DNA from: a virus
Lineage: Duplodnaviria; Caudoviricetes
Virus record (IMG/VR): IMGVR_UViG_3300037047_000080
Span: 1-30,388 of that record
Strand: one strand, 5' to 3'
Length of the DNA stretch: 30,388 nucleotides
Every line of letters begins with the position of its first letter. Positions within the stretch are counted from its first letter, which is position 1. Under the pieces are notes generated by a model. That model was not told where the DNA came from and did no database searches. It saw nothing but the letters and a program-made list of their open reading frames with translations. This document shows positions 15,297 through 23,045 of this stretch, in pieces. The position numbers and the translations under genes are program-made.

Positions 15297-16187
15297 ATGA
15301 TTGACATTGATGTACTAGCACCTCGGGGTCGTAAGCTAGCCGGTGTTTACCGTCTCCTCAACATGACCAATGGGAAGATCTATGTCGGATGTTCCGTTGA
15401 CATCCGACAGCGGCTTTTCAAGCACATCAAAGAGTTGTTTGCACACAAACATCACTCACAAAAACTTCAACGTGCCTGGGATAAATACGGTGCCTCCGTT
15501 TTTACTGCCGAGATTTTAGAGCTGGTCGAGAACCATCATGATTTACTTGCTCGGGAACAGATGATCTTAGACCGAGATCGGCCTTATGACTCTGACAAGG
15601 GATACAACATTTGTCATCAGGCTCGAAACCGGCTGGGGGTGAAAAGTTCTCCCGAGACTTGTGCCAAAATAGGCGCCGCTCACAAGGGCAAAAAACTCAG
15701 TCGGGAACAGATAGAACAGATGCGACAAGCAAATCTCGGCAAAAAGCATACGCAGGAGACAAAACGCAAAATTGCTGAAGCCAGTCGTGGCCGAAAGGCA
15801 TCCCCAGAGACGTGTGCCAAAATCGGACAAGCACACAGGGGCAAAAAATTATCTCCTGCACAAAAAGAGTTTCTTCACAATCTCCACCAGGGAAACCAAT
15901 ACTGGGTTGGAAAGAGACATGCCGAGGAAACCAAACGTAAAATCAGTCTTCTTGCCCGGGAACGTCAAACAGAGGAGACCAGGGAAAGGGCAAGGCAACT
16001 CATGCATGCCAGATGGGAGGCGGATGACGGAAGCCTTCGGGACAAAATCGCGAGTGCCGTTAGCAAGAGGCACAAGGGAAAAGTCCTCTCAGAGGAAACA
16101 AGGGCAAAAATACGGGAAGCTTTAAAAGCAGCCTGGGCACGTAGGAAAATGCAAAGCACGGGATCATCAGCACTGAGATCCGAGTAG
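15297..16187 (+). CDS. GIY-YIG homing endonuclease with NUMOD3 repeats
   Basis: GVYRLLNMTNGKIYVGCS...RQR...REQ...GYN catalytic module followed by multiple (H/S)xxETxxKI repeats; AT-richer than flanks. Confidence 0.92.
   Translation: MIDIDVLAPRGRKLAGVYRLLNMTNGKIYVGCSVDIRQRLFKHIKELFAHKHHSQKLQRAWDKYGASVFTAEILELVENHHDLLAREQMILDRDRPYDSDKGYNICHQARNRLGVKSSPETCAKIGAAHKGKKLSREQIEQMRQANLGKKHTQETKRKIAEASRGRKASPETCAKIGQAHRGKKLSPAQKEFLHNLHQGNQYWVGKRHAEETKRKISLLARERQTEETRERARQLMHARWEADDGSLRDKIASAVSKRHKGKVLSEETRAKIREALKAAWARRKMQSTGSSALRSE
15648..15854 (+). repeat. NUMOD3-type coding repeats
   Basis: SPETCAKIGAAHKGKKLS and SPETCAKIGQAHRGKKLS, similar at DNA level. Confidence 0.75.
16160..16187 (+). promoter_or_regulatory. 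GGGATCAT-N14-GAGTAG motif upstream of ligase-N
   Basis: Perfect copy embedded in the 3' end of the GIY-YIG gene; its TAG is that gene's stop. Confidence 0.8.
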
Positions 16188-16210
16188 ATCCTACGGGAGG
16201 ACACCGAAAA

Positions 16211-16822
16211 ATGACGGACACGCGAGTTCAGGGTCTGGTTAGCAAGCTGGTAGCTGCACGGGATGCCTACGATAACAATCTCCCGATCATGAGCGACGCT
16301 GCTTTCGATGCCCTGGAGGAGGAACTCCGACGGATAGATCCAGCCAATCCGTTTTTTACCAGGGTCGGTTCCCCCGCTCCAGTGAACGGTGCATGGCCGA
16401 AGGTCAAGCACCAGATCCCGATGGGCAGCCTGAACAAGGCCCAGGTCCCCGACGACATGGCGACCTGGGACAAGGGCTGCGGCGCCCGCGGCCCCTACAT
16501 GATCATGGACAAATTGGACGGTGCTTCCTGTTTCGATGGGGAGACCCTCGTTCATTTGGCGAATGGGGAGACCGTCAGCATCGAAGAGATCGTCCGACGA
16601 GATTTGAGGCCCCGAGTACTTTCCTGGGAACCCGAGACCGGACTGACAACGGAAGCGGTGGTCGATGTCCATGACAATGGGGTCAAGGACAATTGGGTAC
16701 GGGTAAATCTCGAAGACGGAACGTCGGTAACCGTTACTGAGGACCACCTTTTCCTAGTGCCCGGAGAAGGTTGGGTCAAGGCGAAAGACCTTGCGGGGAA
16801 AGAAATCCTGGATAATCATTAA
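16211..16822 (+). CDS. ligA: NAD-dependent DNA ligase N-terminal fragment fused to split intein N-half
   Basis: Domain Ia (AYDNNLPIMSDAAFDAL), KVKHQIPMGSLNK, active-site KLDG, then intein block A CFDGETLV and block B VTEDHLF. Confidence 0.93.
   Translation: MTDTRVQGLVSKLVAARDAYDNNLPIMSDAAFDALEEELRRIDPANPFFTRVGSPAPVNGAWPKVKHQIPMGSLNKAQVPDDMATWDKGCGARGPYMIMDKLDGASCFDGETLVHLANGETVSIEEIVRRDLRPRVLSWEPETGLTTEAVVDVHDNGVKDNWVRVNLEDGTSVTVTEDHLFLVPGEGWVKAKDLAGKEILDNH
16529..16822 (+). mobile_element. Split intein N-fragment (97 aa)
   Basis: Starts at Cys107 (CFDGETLVHLANG), TxDH block B, ends GWVKAKDLAGKEILDNH*. Confidence 0.9.
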
Positions 16823-16839
16823 TCCGTCTATACGAGTAG
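16812..16839 (+). promoter_or_regulatory. Degenerate motif ATAATCAT-N14-GAGTAG upstream of Vsr-like endonuclease
   Basis: ATCAT core and spacing conserved; GAGTAG lies in the loop of the inverted repeat TCTATAC/GTATAGA. Confidence 0.55.
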
Positions 16840-16873
16840 TGTATAGAGGCGCCATCCAAGAGGAGGACCTCGT

Positions 16874-17854
16874 ATGCTACTTGGACCAACATGGGTTATC
16901 GAACATCTGACTAATCTTCGGGGGAAATCAGGAAACACGACCTGTGGTCGTGTCTGGGCCCACCGGGTACGCACTGAAAAACCCACACTGACGTTAGTCT
17001 GTGATTCCTGTCACAGTGAAATCCCCGAGACATTTGAATGTCCCAATCGATTACGTCTCGTTTGGCAGACGATGCGTAAACACCAATTTGATTGGGGTCA
17101 GCATCTCTGTCCAAATTGTAGTGCTGTTCAGGCACAACAAAAAATGAAAAAGATCAGAAACAATCCGGAGTGGCGATCCAAATTTGCCGAAACTGTTGCA
17201 TCGGGCATGTCCAAAATGTCTCCTGAAGAACGCCAACAATGGAGGACAAATTCTCGGGCATCTCTAATTCAGTATTATGCCGAAACATCAGAAGAGAAAC
17301 GCCGTCAAGGAGTCGTAAAACAGTGGCAAACTATGACACAAGAAACCAAAGATGCCCGAGCAAAAAAAATACGGAAATGGTCTAAAAGTTTCTGGGCTGC
17401 CATGACGCCGGAGCAACGGAATCTACATGTATCCAAGATGATCAAAGGGCTGTCTCGGTCTAAAATTTCCGACGAGTTCAGACAGACGTTGGTGGGTTTT
17501 GGGTTGTACTACGGATTTCGCAGCGAACAAACCGTATCCGGGTTTGTAGTGGACGAATGCAATGAAGAATTAAAAGTCGTAATTGAGTTTTACGGGGACT
17601 ACTATCATTGCAACCCCAGAAACCCCAAGTTTGCAGACCCTGAATACTATAATCCCACCCTCCGTATGAAAGCGTCCCAAAAATGGGAGTCTGATCGTAG
17701 GAGGTTTGCAGCGATTAGAAAAAAAGGATATCAGGTGCTAGTGGTTTGGGAAAATGACTGGCGGAAATCTCCAGCAACGGAAATAGCACGAGTTCAGATG
17801 TTCCTTTCCGGAGCACGAAAAAAATCGGGATCATCTCCCCCGTCATCAGAGTAG
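16874..17854 (+). CDS. Vsr/DUF559-like free-standing homing endonuclease
   Basis: C-terminal EQTVSGFVVDE...VIEFYGDYYHCNP...DRRR...GYQVLVVWENDW; N-terminal CxxC pairs and M(S/T)xE helical repeats; AT-rich; sits between the split intein halves. Confidence 0.88.
   Translation: MLLGPTWVIEHLTNLRGKSGNTTCGRVWAHRVRTEKPTLTLVCDSCHSEIPETFECPNRLRLVWQTMRKHQFDWGQHLCPNCSAVQAQQKMKKIRNNPEWRSKFAETVASGMSKMSPEERQQWRTNSRASLIQYYAETSEEKRRQGVVKQWQTMTQETKDARAKKIRKWSKSFWAAMTPEQRNLHVSKMIKGLSRSKISDEFRQTLVGFGLYYGFRSEQTVSGFVVDECNEELKVVIEFYGDYYHCNPRNPKFADPEYYNPTLRMKASQKWESDRRRFAAIRKKGYQVLVVWENDWRKSPATEIARVQMFLSGARKKSGSSPPSSE
17827..17854 (+). promoter_or_regulatory. GGGATCAT-N14-GAGTAG motif upstream of ligase-C
   Basis: Perfect copy inside the endonuclease 3' end; its TAG is the endonuclease stop. 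Confidence 0.8.
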
Positions 17855-17882
17855 AATAACTGGAAACAGGAGGTCTTCGACA

Positions 17883-17990
17883 ATGCACGTTCTATCTGTC
17901 GAAAAAGTTCCGGGCCCTCGTCGTGCTTTCGACCTGACGGTTGCGAATACCTCGTGTTATTTCGTGGGGACTGGGGTACTGGCACATAAC
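17883..17990 (+). mobile_element. Split intein C-fragment (36 aa)
   Basis: Block F FDLTV, terminal His-Asn, +1 Cys at 17991. Confidence 0.9.
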
Positions 17991-19703
17991 TGTGGCCTGC
18001 GGTACGAGAATCGGCGGCTCGTGCAGGCGCTGACCCGCGGTGACGGGGAGGTGGGCGAGGACATCACAAGAAACGTGTTGCTGATGGCCGGTGCCGTCAA
18101 GATGCTGCCCCCGACCCTCCCGGACGGGAAACCGACCCCCAGCACCGTGTTCGTGCGGGGCGAGATCGTCTGCCTGAAGTCCGATTTCCGACTGCACTTC
18201 CAGGGTGAGTCGAACCCCCGCAACACCGCGAGCGGGACTTCGAAGCGCCAGACGAACCACGAGAAGTGCCAGTACCTGACGATCATCACCTACGAGTGCC
18301 TGCCGGTCGGTGTGACCCTCGCCTCGAAGTCGGACGAGATCAACACCCTGCGGGCGTGGGGGTTCCGGACCCCGAACTGCAAGCGGGTGCTCGGGTTTTC
18401 CGAGATCGAGGACGTGTACCAGGGTTACGTGCAGACGCACCGTGCCGCCCTCGACTACGACATCGACGGGCTGGTCGTCTACATCGACGACACGCACCGG
18501 CGGGATGCGCTCGGGGAACTAAATAATCGTCCGCGTGGGGCATGCGCTTATAAGTTTCCGCATGAGCAGAAGTCCACCGTGCTGCGCAACATCCGCTGGC
18601 AGGTCGGCAACAGTGGGCGCATCACTCCGGTGGCGGAATTCGATAGCGTGCTCCTGGCCGGAGCGAACGTAGTGCAGGCGAGTCTCCACAACATCTCGAA
18701 CATCAGAGACTTGTGGGGCAGCGCAACGCCGTGCAGCGGGGATCTGATCCTTGCGAGCCGTCGGAACGACGTGATCCCATTCGTGGAATCCGTCATCACG
18801 GCTCAAGGGAGCGGGGTACCCTTTCCCGTTCCGACCGAGTGCCCGATCTGCAAGACCCCTCTCCAGATGGACGGCGAGTACCTCGTCTGCCGCGGCGAGG
18901 ACTGCTCGGGTCAGGTGACGGGGTCGATCAAAAGATGGGTTAAGAAGCTCGGTGTCCTGCACGTGGGCGACACCCTGATCGAGGCCATGGTCGAGGAGTT
19001 CCCCTTCATCCTGGTCGAGTCCGAGTTCGAGGAGCGGTTCGGGGTGACCTACGACGGATTCACCAAGCTCCCGCCGGACGAGCAGGACAAGATCCGGAAC
19101 AGCGCGCTGGCGAAGATGGACATGGCTGACCTGTACCTGATCGACCCTGACCGGCTGGCCGACCGCCAGATGGGTGGGCGCCGGATCGGGAGCACGGCGG
19201 ACAAGGCCATCAACAACCTGCGGGCGAAAATGACCCTCCCGATCCATGTCTTGGTGGGCAGCCTCGGGATCAACCTGATCGGCCGGGACATGGCGAAGAC
19301 GATCGTGGACGGCGGGTTCGAGAGCCTGAGCAAGATGCTTAAGGCTCGGATCCCCGAAATCGCCGCGATCCCCGGGATGGGAGATACGAAGGCTCGGGCT
19401 TTCGTCGACGGGTTCGCCCAGAAGGCCGGACTGGTGGGCAAGCTCCTCGCCGTGGGCATCCAGGTGCAGATCGTGTCCGGGAACCTCGCGGGCAAGAGCT
19501 TCTGTTTCACCGGCTTCAGATCGTCCGAACTGGAGGACGCCATCGTCAAGGCCGGGGGCACGATGAAGAGCGGCGTCAGCAAGGGGCTCCATTACCTCGT
19601 TTCCAGCGACCCCACCAGCAACACCGGCAAGATGCAGAAGGCGCGTTCCCTGGGCACCCTGGTCATCAGCGAGGACGAGGCCCGGACGCTCGCCGGAATC
19701 TGA
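17883..19703 (+). CDS. ligA: Split intein C-half fused to NAD-dependent DNA ligase C-terminal fragment
   Basis: MHVLSVEKV...FDLTV...VLAHN|C, then LTRGDGEVGEDIT, VRGE, NPRN, IDGLV, AYKF, OB fold (WQVGNSGRITPVA), C4 zinc finger, HhH and BRCT (FCFTG...VSKGLHYLV). Confidence 0.95.
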   Translation: MHVLSVEKVPGPRRAFDLTVANTSCYFVGTGVLAHNCGLRYENRRLVQALTRGDGEVGEDITRNVLLMAGAVKMLPPTLPDGKPTPSTVFVRGEIVCLKSDFRLHFQGESNPRNTASGTSKRQTNHEKCQYLTIITYECLPVGVTLASKSDEINTLRAWGFRTPNCKRVLGFSEIEDVYQGYVQTHRAALDYDIDGLVVYIDDTHRRDALGELNNRPRGACAYKFPHEQKSTVLRNIRWQVGNSGRITPVAEFDSVLLAGANVVQASLHNISNIRDLWGSATPCSGDLILASRRNDVIPFVESVITAQGSGVPFPVPTECPICKTPLQMDGEYLVCRGEDCSGQVTGSIKRWVKKLGVLHVGDTLIEAMVEEFPFILVESEFEERFGVTYDGFTKLPPDEQDKIRNSALAKMDMADLYLIDPDRLADRQMGGRRIGSTADKAINNLRAKMTLPIHVLVGSLGINLIGRDMAKTIVDGGFESLSKMLKARIPEIAAIPGMGDTKARAFVDGFAQKAGLVGKLLAVGIQVQIVSGNLAGKSFCFTGFRSSELEDAIVKAGGTMKSGVSKGLHYLVSSDPTSNTGKMQKARSLGTLVISEDEARTLAGI

Positions 19704-19712
19704 CAGCCACAT

Positions 19713-19745
19713 CCTCCTCCGAAGGAGTAGATGCTCCGGAGGAGG
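19713..19745 (+). promoter_or_regulatory. Hairpin covering the RBS of 19751 (or terminator-like stem after ligA)
   Basis: CCTCCTCCG (19713-19721) pairs with CGGAGGAGG (19737-19745). Confidence 0.55.
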
Positions 19746-19750
19746 CAGAC

Positions 19751-20164
19751 ATGGCCCGCGAAGTCCTGTTCCCCGCTGAACGCCGTCGACGCCGTATCCG
19801 TCTGTTTCGGATCCTTGCCGCTATCGTGGCACTCCTACTTCTCCCAGTAGCTTTTTACGTCGCGGTCGAGTGGGGCGAGAGCAGCACTCGGATCCGGCAA
19901 CGTGCTCAGGCCCTCCGGTACCAGATCTGCCAGCAAGCATGCCAGCAAGCCGGATTCATGACACCGCATTGGCGCCCCTGCGCCCGCTGGATCCAGTGTT
20001 TTTACTGCGCCGATGAGAGGGGGGTGTTGACTCCGGAGGTTGCGCCGGGCTGCTGCCAGTACCAGTTGTCCGCGGGTTCTCCGGACTACGACGAGTTCCT
20101 GGAGCGGTGTGGCAAAACCGACCCGATGCCTCCGGTTGAGGGGACTCGTTCTCGCCCGGAGTAA
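19751..20164 (+). CDS. Membrane-anchored Cys-rich hypothetical protein
   Basis: Basic N-terminus, TM helix, 8 Cys in the C-terminal region. Confidence 0.7.
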   Translation: MAREVLFPAERRRRRIRLFRILAAIVALLLLPVAFYVAVEWGESSTRIRQRAQALRYQICQQACQQAGFMTPHWRPCARWIQCFYCADERGVLTPEVAPGCCQYQLSAGSPDYDEFLERCGKTDPMPPVEGTRSRPE

Positions 20165-20193
20165 GTGCCGGATTCAATGTGGGAGATGGACCG

Positions 20194-21195
20194 ATGCTCA
20201 AGGTCAATAAAGTCCAGAGGCAGGTAGCTGAGGGGTGGTACGAGCAGTTCGATGCGCTACACCATATCGCCAAACAGCACTGGACGGTCGCGGTACGGGG
20301 CTGGAACGTTGGGTATGCCGTCTGGACGGATACCCCCGACAATGTCCTCCGTTCAACTGCTGATCTGAATCGGTTGGTGGGCCTGTGCGTGGCTGCCGAA
20401 CTTCGGCACCCGACTGCCATTGAAAAGCATCTGAAGCAGATAGACAGTAACAGATGCCCCGCAGCGGCTGCAGCCGAAGCGATCCGGTTGTACATCGCTC
20501 TGCATTTCCCTTATTCCAGCGACGATGCCTACAAAGATGCAGTTTCCCCGGCGGCGATCGAGTGCATCCAAAACAACGCGGTCGGGGGTGTTTTCACTTT
20601 GGGGGCTCTCCGTGACTACATCCCCACGCGACTTGTGCATTACGGACTCGGGCCGTCGGATTGGGGCCGAATCTATGAAGTGGAACGGAATTTGAAGCAA
20701 GCGGAACTGGCAGCCGATGACAAAGGTACCCCGGCAGCCATCAAAACGGAGGACACTCAGATGCCGCCCTATGACAATGAAGTCAGGAAGGTGAAAATGC
20801 CGCAGAATGAGAAACTCACGGGATTCATGAACTTCTGGAAGGACGCCGCCGTCGAGGGAGCCAAAGACGGGGCCAGCCACGCAGCGGTGGTGGCAGCGCG
20901 AGACCTCGTCAAGGATCGACTGGGCAGCCACTACCCGAAGTTCCTCCGCGCGTCGTTCGTGGGAGGGATCATCGACGATCTGGAGATCCCGGCCGTCCTC
21001 TCGGCTGCGGCCACCCTGTGGCCGAACCTGCCCCAGGCGGACAAGGTACGGATCGTGTGTGGCCGGGCTGCCCGGATGCAGTTCGCCATCTACACCGAGC
21101 GGCTCCTGGGCACGCTCGTGAAACCGATCTTCGGGGAACTGGCGAGCGTGTTCGAGTCCGTTTCCCTCGATGCCGCCGATGTCCCCCAGACCTGA
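20194..21195 (+). CDS. Hypothetical protein (possible two-gene fusion)
   Basis: Long ORF (start 20179 or 20194); internal GGAGG + ATG at 20761. Confidence 0.7.
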   Translation: MLKVNKVQRQVAEGWYEQFDALHHIAKQHWTVAVRGWNVGYAVWTDTPDNVLRSTADLNRLVGLCVAAELRHPTAIEKHLKQIDSNRCPAAAAAEAIRLYIALHFPYSSDDAYKDAVSPAAIECIQNNAVGGVFTLGALRDYIPTRLVHYGLGPSDWGRIYEVERNLKQAELAADDKGTPAAIKTEDTQMPPYDNEVRKVKMPQNEKLTGFMNFWKDAAVEGAKDGASHAAVVAARDLVKDRLGSHYPKFLRASFVGGIIDDLEIPAVLSAAATLWPNLPQADKVRIVCGRAARMQFAIYTERLLGTLVKPIFGELASVFESVSLDAADVPQT

Positions 21196-21226
21196 TCCCC
21201 GTAGCTCGTCCCCGCCTGGAGTCGTG

Positions 21227-21454
21227 ATGGATCCGTCAGAAACCGAACAGGTAATCCATCAGCACCTGAAAAACGGCCCCCGACAGCCGCTGTTCCCACG
21301 GAACGCTCTCCCACCGCTCTGGGGTTTCCCCCCCTGGTTATATGGCGAACTAGGCCGCACGCTGATCTACGTGGAGCCCATGCCCGAACGAGCAGAGTTG
21401 CTCTTTTTCTATGACCCCGAGTCCGAGAGATCATCCTCCGACCCATCCGAGTAG
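21227..21454 (+). CDS. Hypothetical protein
   Basis: MDPSETEQVIHQHL...; GGAG RBS; stop inside the motif at 21427. Confidence 0.55.
   Translation: MDPSETEQVIHQHLKNGPRQPLFPRNALPPLWGFPPWLYGELGRTLIYVEPMPERAELLFFYDPESERSSSDPSE
21427..21454 (+). promoter_or_regulatory. Variant motif GAGATCAT-N14-GAGTAG
   Basis: One mismatch; followed by GGGAGGG RBS of the HD gene. Confidence 0.75.
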
Positions 21455-21472
21455 ATCCCTTGGGAGGGATCG

Positions 21473-22114
21473 ATGCGCAATTTCCATCAGGCCGTCCAGG
21501 ATCGGATCACGCAGTACAAACCGCAGGGCGGTCTCGACGTCACGTCCAAGCTCTTCCTCCACATGGCAGCCGTCCGGCACCCAGACGTGCGGGATCACTG
21601 CGAGCGGGTGGGGCTGCTGGCCGAGGCCGTCGCGATCAAACTGGACAAGGATCCGAAAGCCGCGTTTTTCGGGGGACTGCTGCACGACATCGGCAAGGCC
21701 GTCCTGCCTGCGGTGCTGTTCGACGGGCACAACATCAGCGCCGAGGAGTACGCGCTGGTGAAGGAGCATGCCTACGACGGGTTCAACATCCTCAAGGACA
21801 TGCACCTGTTTACGGCGCTGATCTGCGGTGCACACCACGCCATGTACACCGCGGGTTACGGCGCCAGTCAAGAGGACTTCCCGAAAGAGTGGGGGCTGGC
21901 GACGGTCAAAAAGGCACTGGAGATCGCCACGATCGTCAGCATCTGCGATTTCATCGACGCGTTCACCCATCGGACGACGACGCTCAAGGACGGGTCGGCG
22001 GGGCCTGACCTGCCGTCGATGCTGGAAAAGAAGTACCCCAACGACTTGCAGGTTGTCCGGACGGCGCTGAAATGCGCCAAGGTGCCCGTCAACCCTCCGG
22101 GGGACAAGCCATGA
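21473..22114 (+). CDS. HD-GYP-like metal-dependent phosphohydrolase
   Basis: HCERV...LLHDIGK...EEYALVKEH...HH...GYG...ICDFIDA mirrors HD-GYP motifs, with a degenerate HHExxDGxGYP loop. Confidence 0.85.
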   Translation: MRNFHQAVQDRITQYKPQGGLDVTSKLFLHMAAVRHPDVRDHCERVGLLAEAVAIKLDKDPKAAFFGGLLHDIGKAVLPAVLFDGHNISAEEYALVKEHAYDGFNILKDMHLFTALICGAHHAMYTAGYGASQEDFPKEWGLATVKKALEIATIVSICDFIDAFTHRTTTLKDGSAGPDLPSMLEKKYPNDLQVVRTALKCAKVPVNPPGDKP

Positions 22115-22416
22115 CCCTGACTTTCTATCTGTTCCGCACGAATTTCGCGGATGGCCGCGGAAAATGGGAGTACGACGTGTGTCCTTATCTGGTAGACACC
22201 GAGAAGGACTGGGACGCTTTCGTCGAATCCGTGCAGGACCAGTGGCAGCAGGAGTATGACTGGGCTGAGCACTACCGGGGCTGCGATGTTGAGCGTGCTG
22301 ATCGGCCCCCGAAGGAATGGCTCCAGGAGAAACTCGCGAAAACCGTGGCTCAGGCCGCATACTACCGGGAACTGGCGGAACAGATCCAGGGCATCCTCCA
22401 GACGATGAAAGAGTAA
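22111..22416 (+). CDS. Hypothetical protein
   Basis: MTLTFYLFRTNF...; ATGA-coupled. Confidence 0.7.
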   Translation: MTLTFYLFRTNFADGRGKWEYDVCPYLVDTEKDWDAFVESVQDQWQQEYDWAEHYRGCDVERADRPPKEWLQEKLAKTVAQAAYYRELAEQIQGILQTMKE

Positions 22417-22420
22417 GCAC

Positions 22421-22729
22421 ATGCCAACCCAGAAGTTCGACAGCGCTTTTCTGGACCGGATCCTCCAGGATTTCCGGACGCAGGACGCTCCCAGTCCGGT
22501 CGTGGACTATCAGCCAGAAAAGAAGCGTCCCCGGGAACTGGAGAGTCCCCGAGCATCGCATCCGTTCACGATGGTTTTCCGGGATCAGGATGGACGCCAC
22601 TGGTTGGCCAAGGGGGACGAGGGGTGTCGTTTCCGGGATTGGTGGAGCCCGACGACCATTTGCACCCAGGTTTATCCACGCGTGGTATCCATGATCGTGT
22701 GGGATCCCGTTCCGGAGTTGATATCATGA
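22421..22729 (+). CDS. Hypothetical protein
   Basis: 102 aa, tight packing. Confidence 0.6.
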   Translation: MPTQKFDSAFLDRILQDFRTQDAPSPVVDYQPEKKRPRELESPRASHPFTMVFRDQDGRHWLAKGDEGCRFRDWWSPTTICTQVYPRVVSMIVWDPVPELIS

Positions 22730-23043
22730 CGAAGGTCAAGAATCTCGTACTCGAATATGAGATCCTCATGGAGATGCCCCGTTTCCCAGGGCAGAAAGTG
22801 CCGATCTGTGGGTTGTGCGGCAACACGGGGAAAATCCGGCACGAGGTGCCCCCACCCCCGGCCTATCAGGGTGTTCCGACAGGGCGCATCTTCGAGGCTT
22901 TCTGCCTGTGTCCGAACGGCCGCAAGGACAAAAGGCGGCATGACAAGGCACAGGCAAAGCTTCGGGCGCAAGCGGCACTGCGGAAAGCCACCCTACAGTA
23001 TGAACAGGATCGTGAATCGTTCATGCAGGACGACTGGGATTGA
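22726..23043 (+). CDS. Putative zinc-finger protein
   Basis: CGLCGNTG...FCLCPNG; ATGA-coupled. Confidence 0.65.
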   Translation: MTKVKNLVLEYEILMEMPRFPGQKVPICGLCGNTGKIRHEVPPPPAYQGVPTGRIFEAFCLCPNGRKDKRRHDKAQAKLRAQAALRKATLQYEQDRESFMQDDWD

Positions 23044-23045
23044 CC

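Noticed and set aside
22389-22416. GGGCATCC...GAGTAA as another motif copy
   Set aside because: Mismatches in both boxes and register off by one; too degenerate to count.
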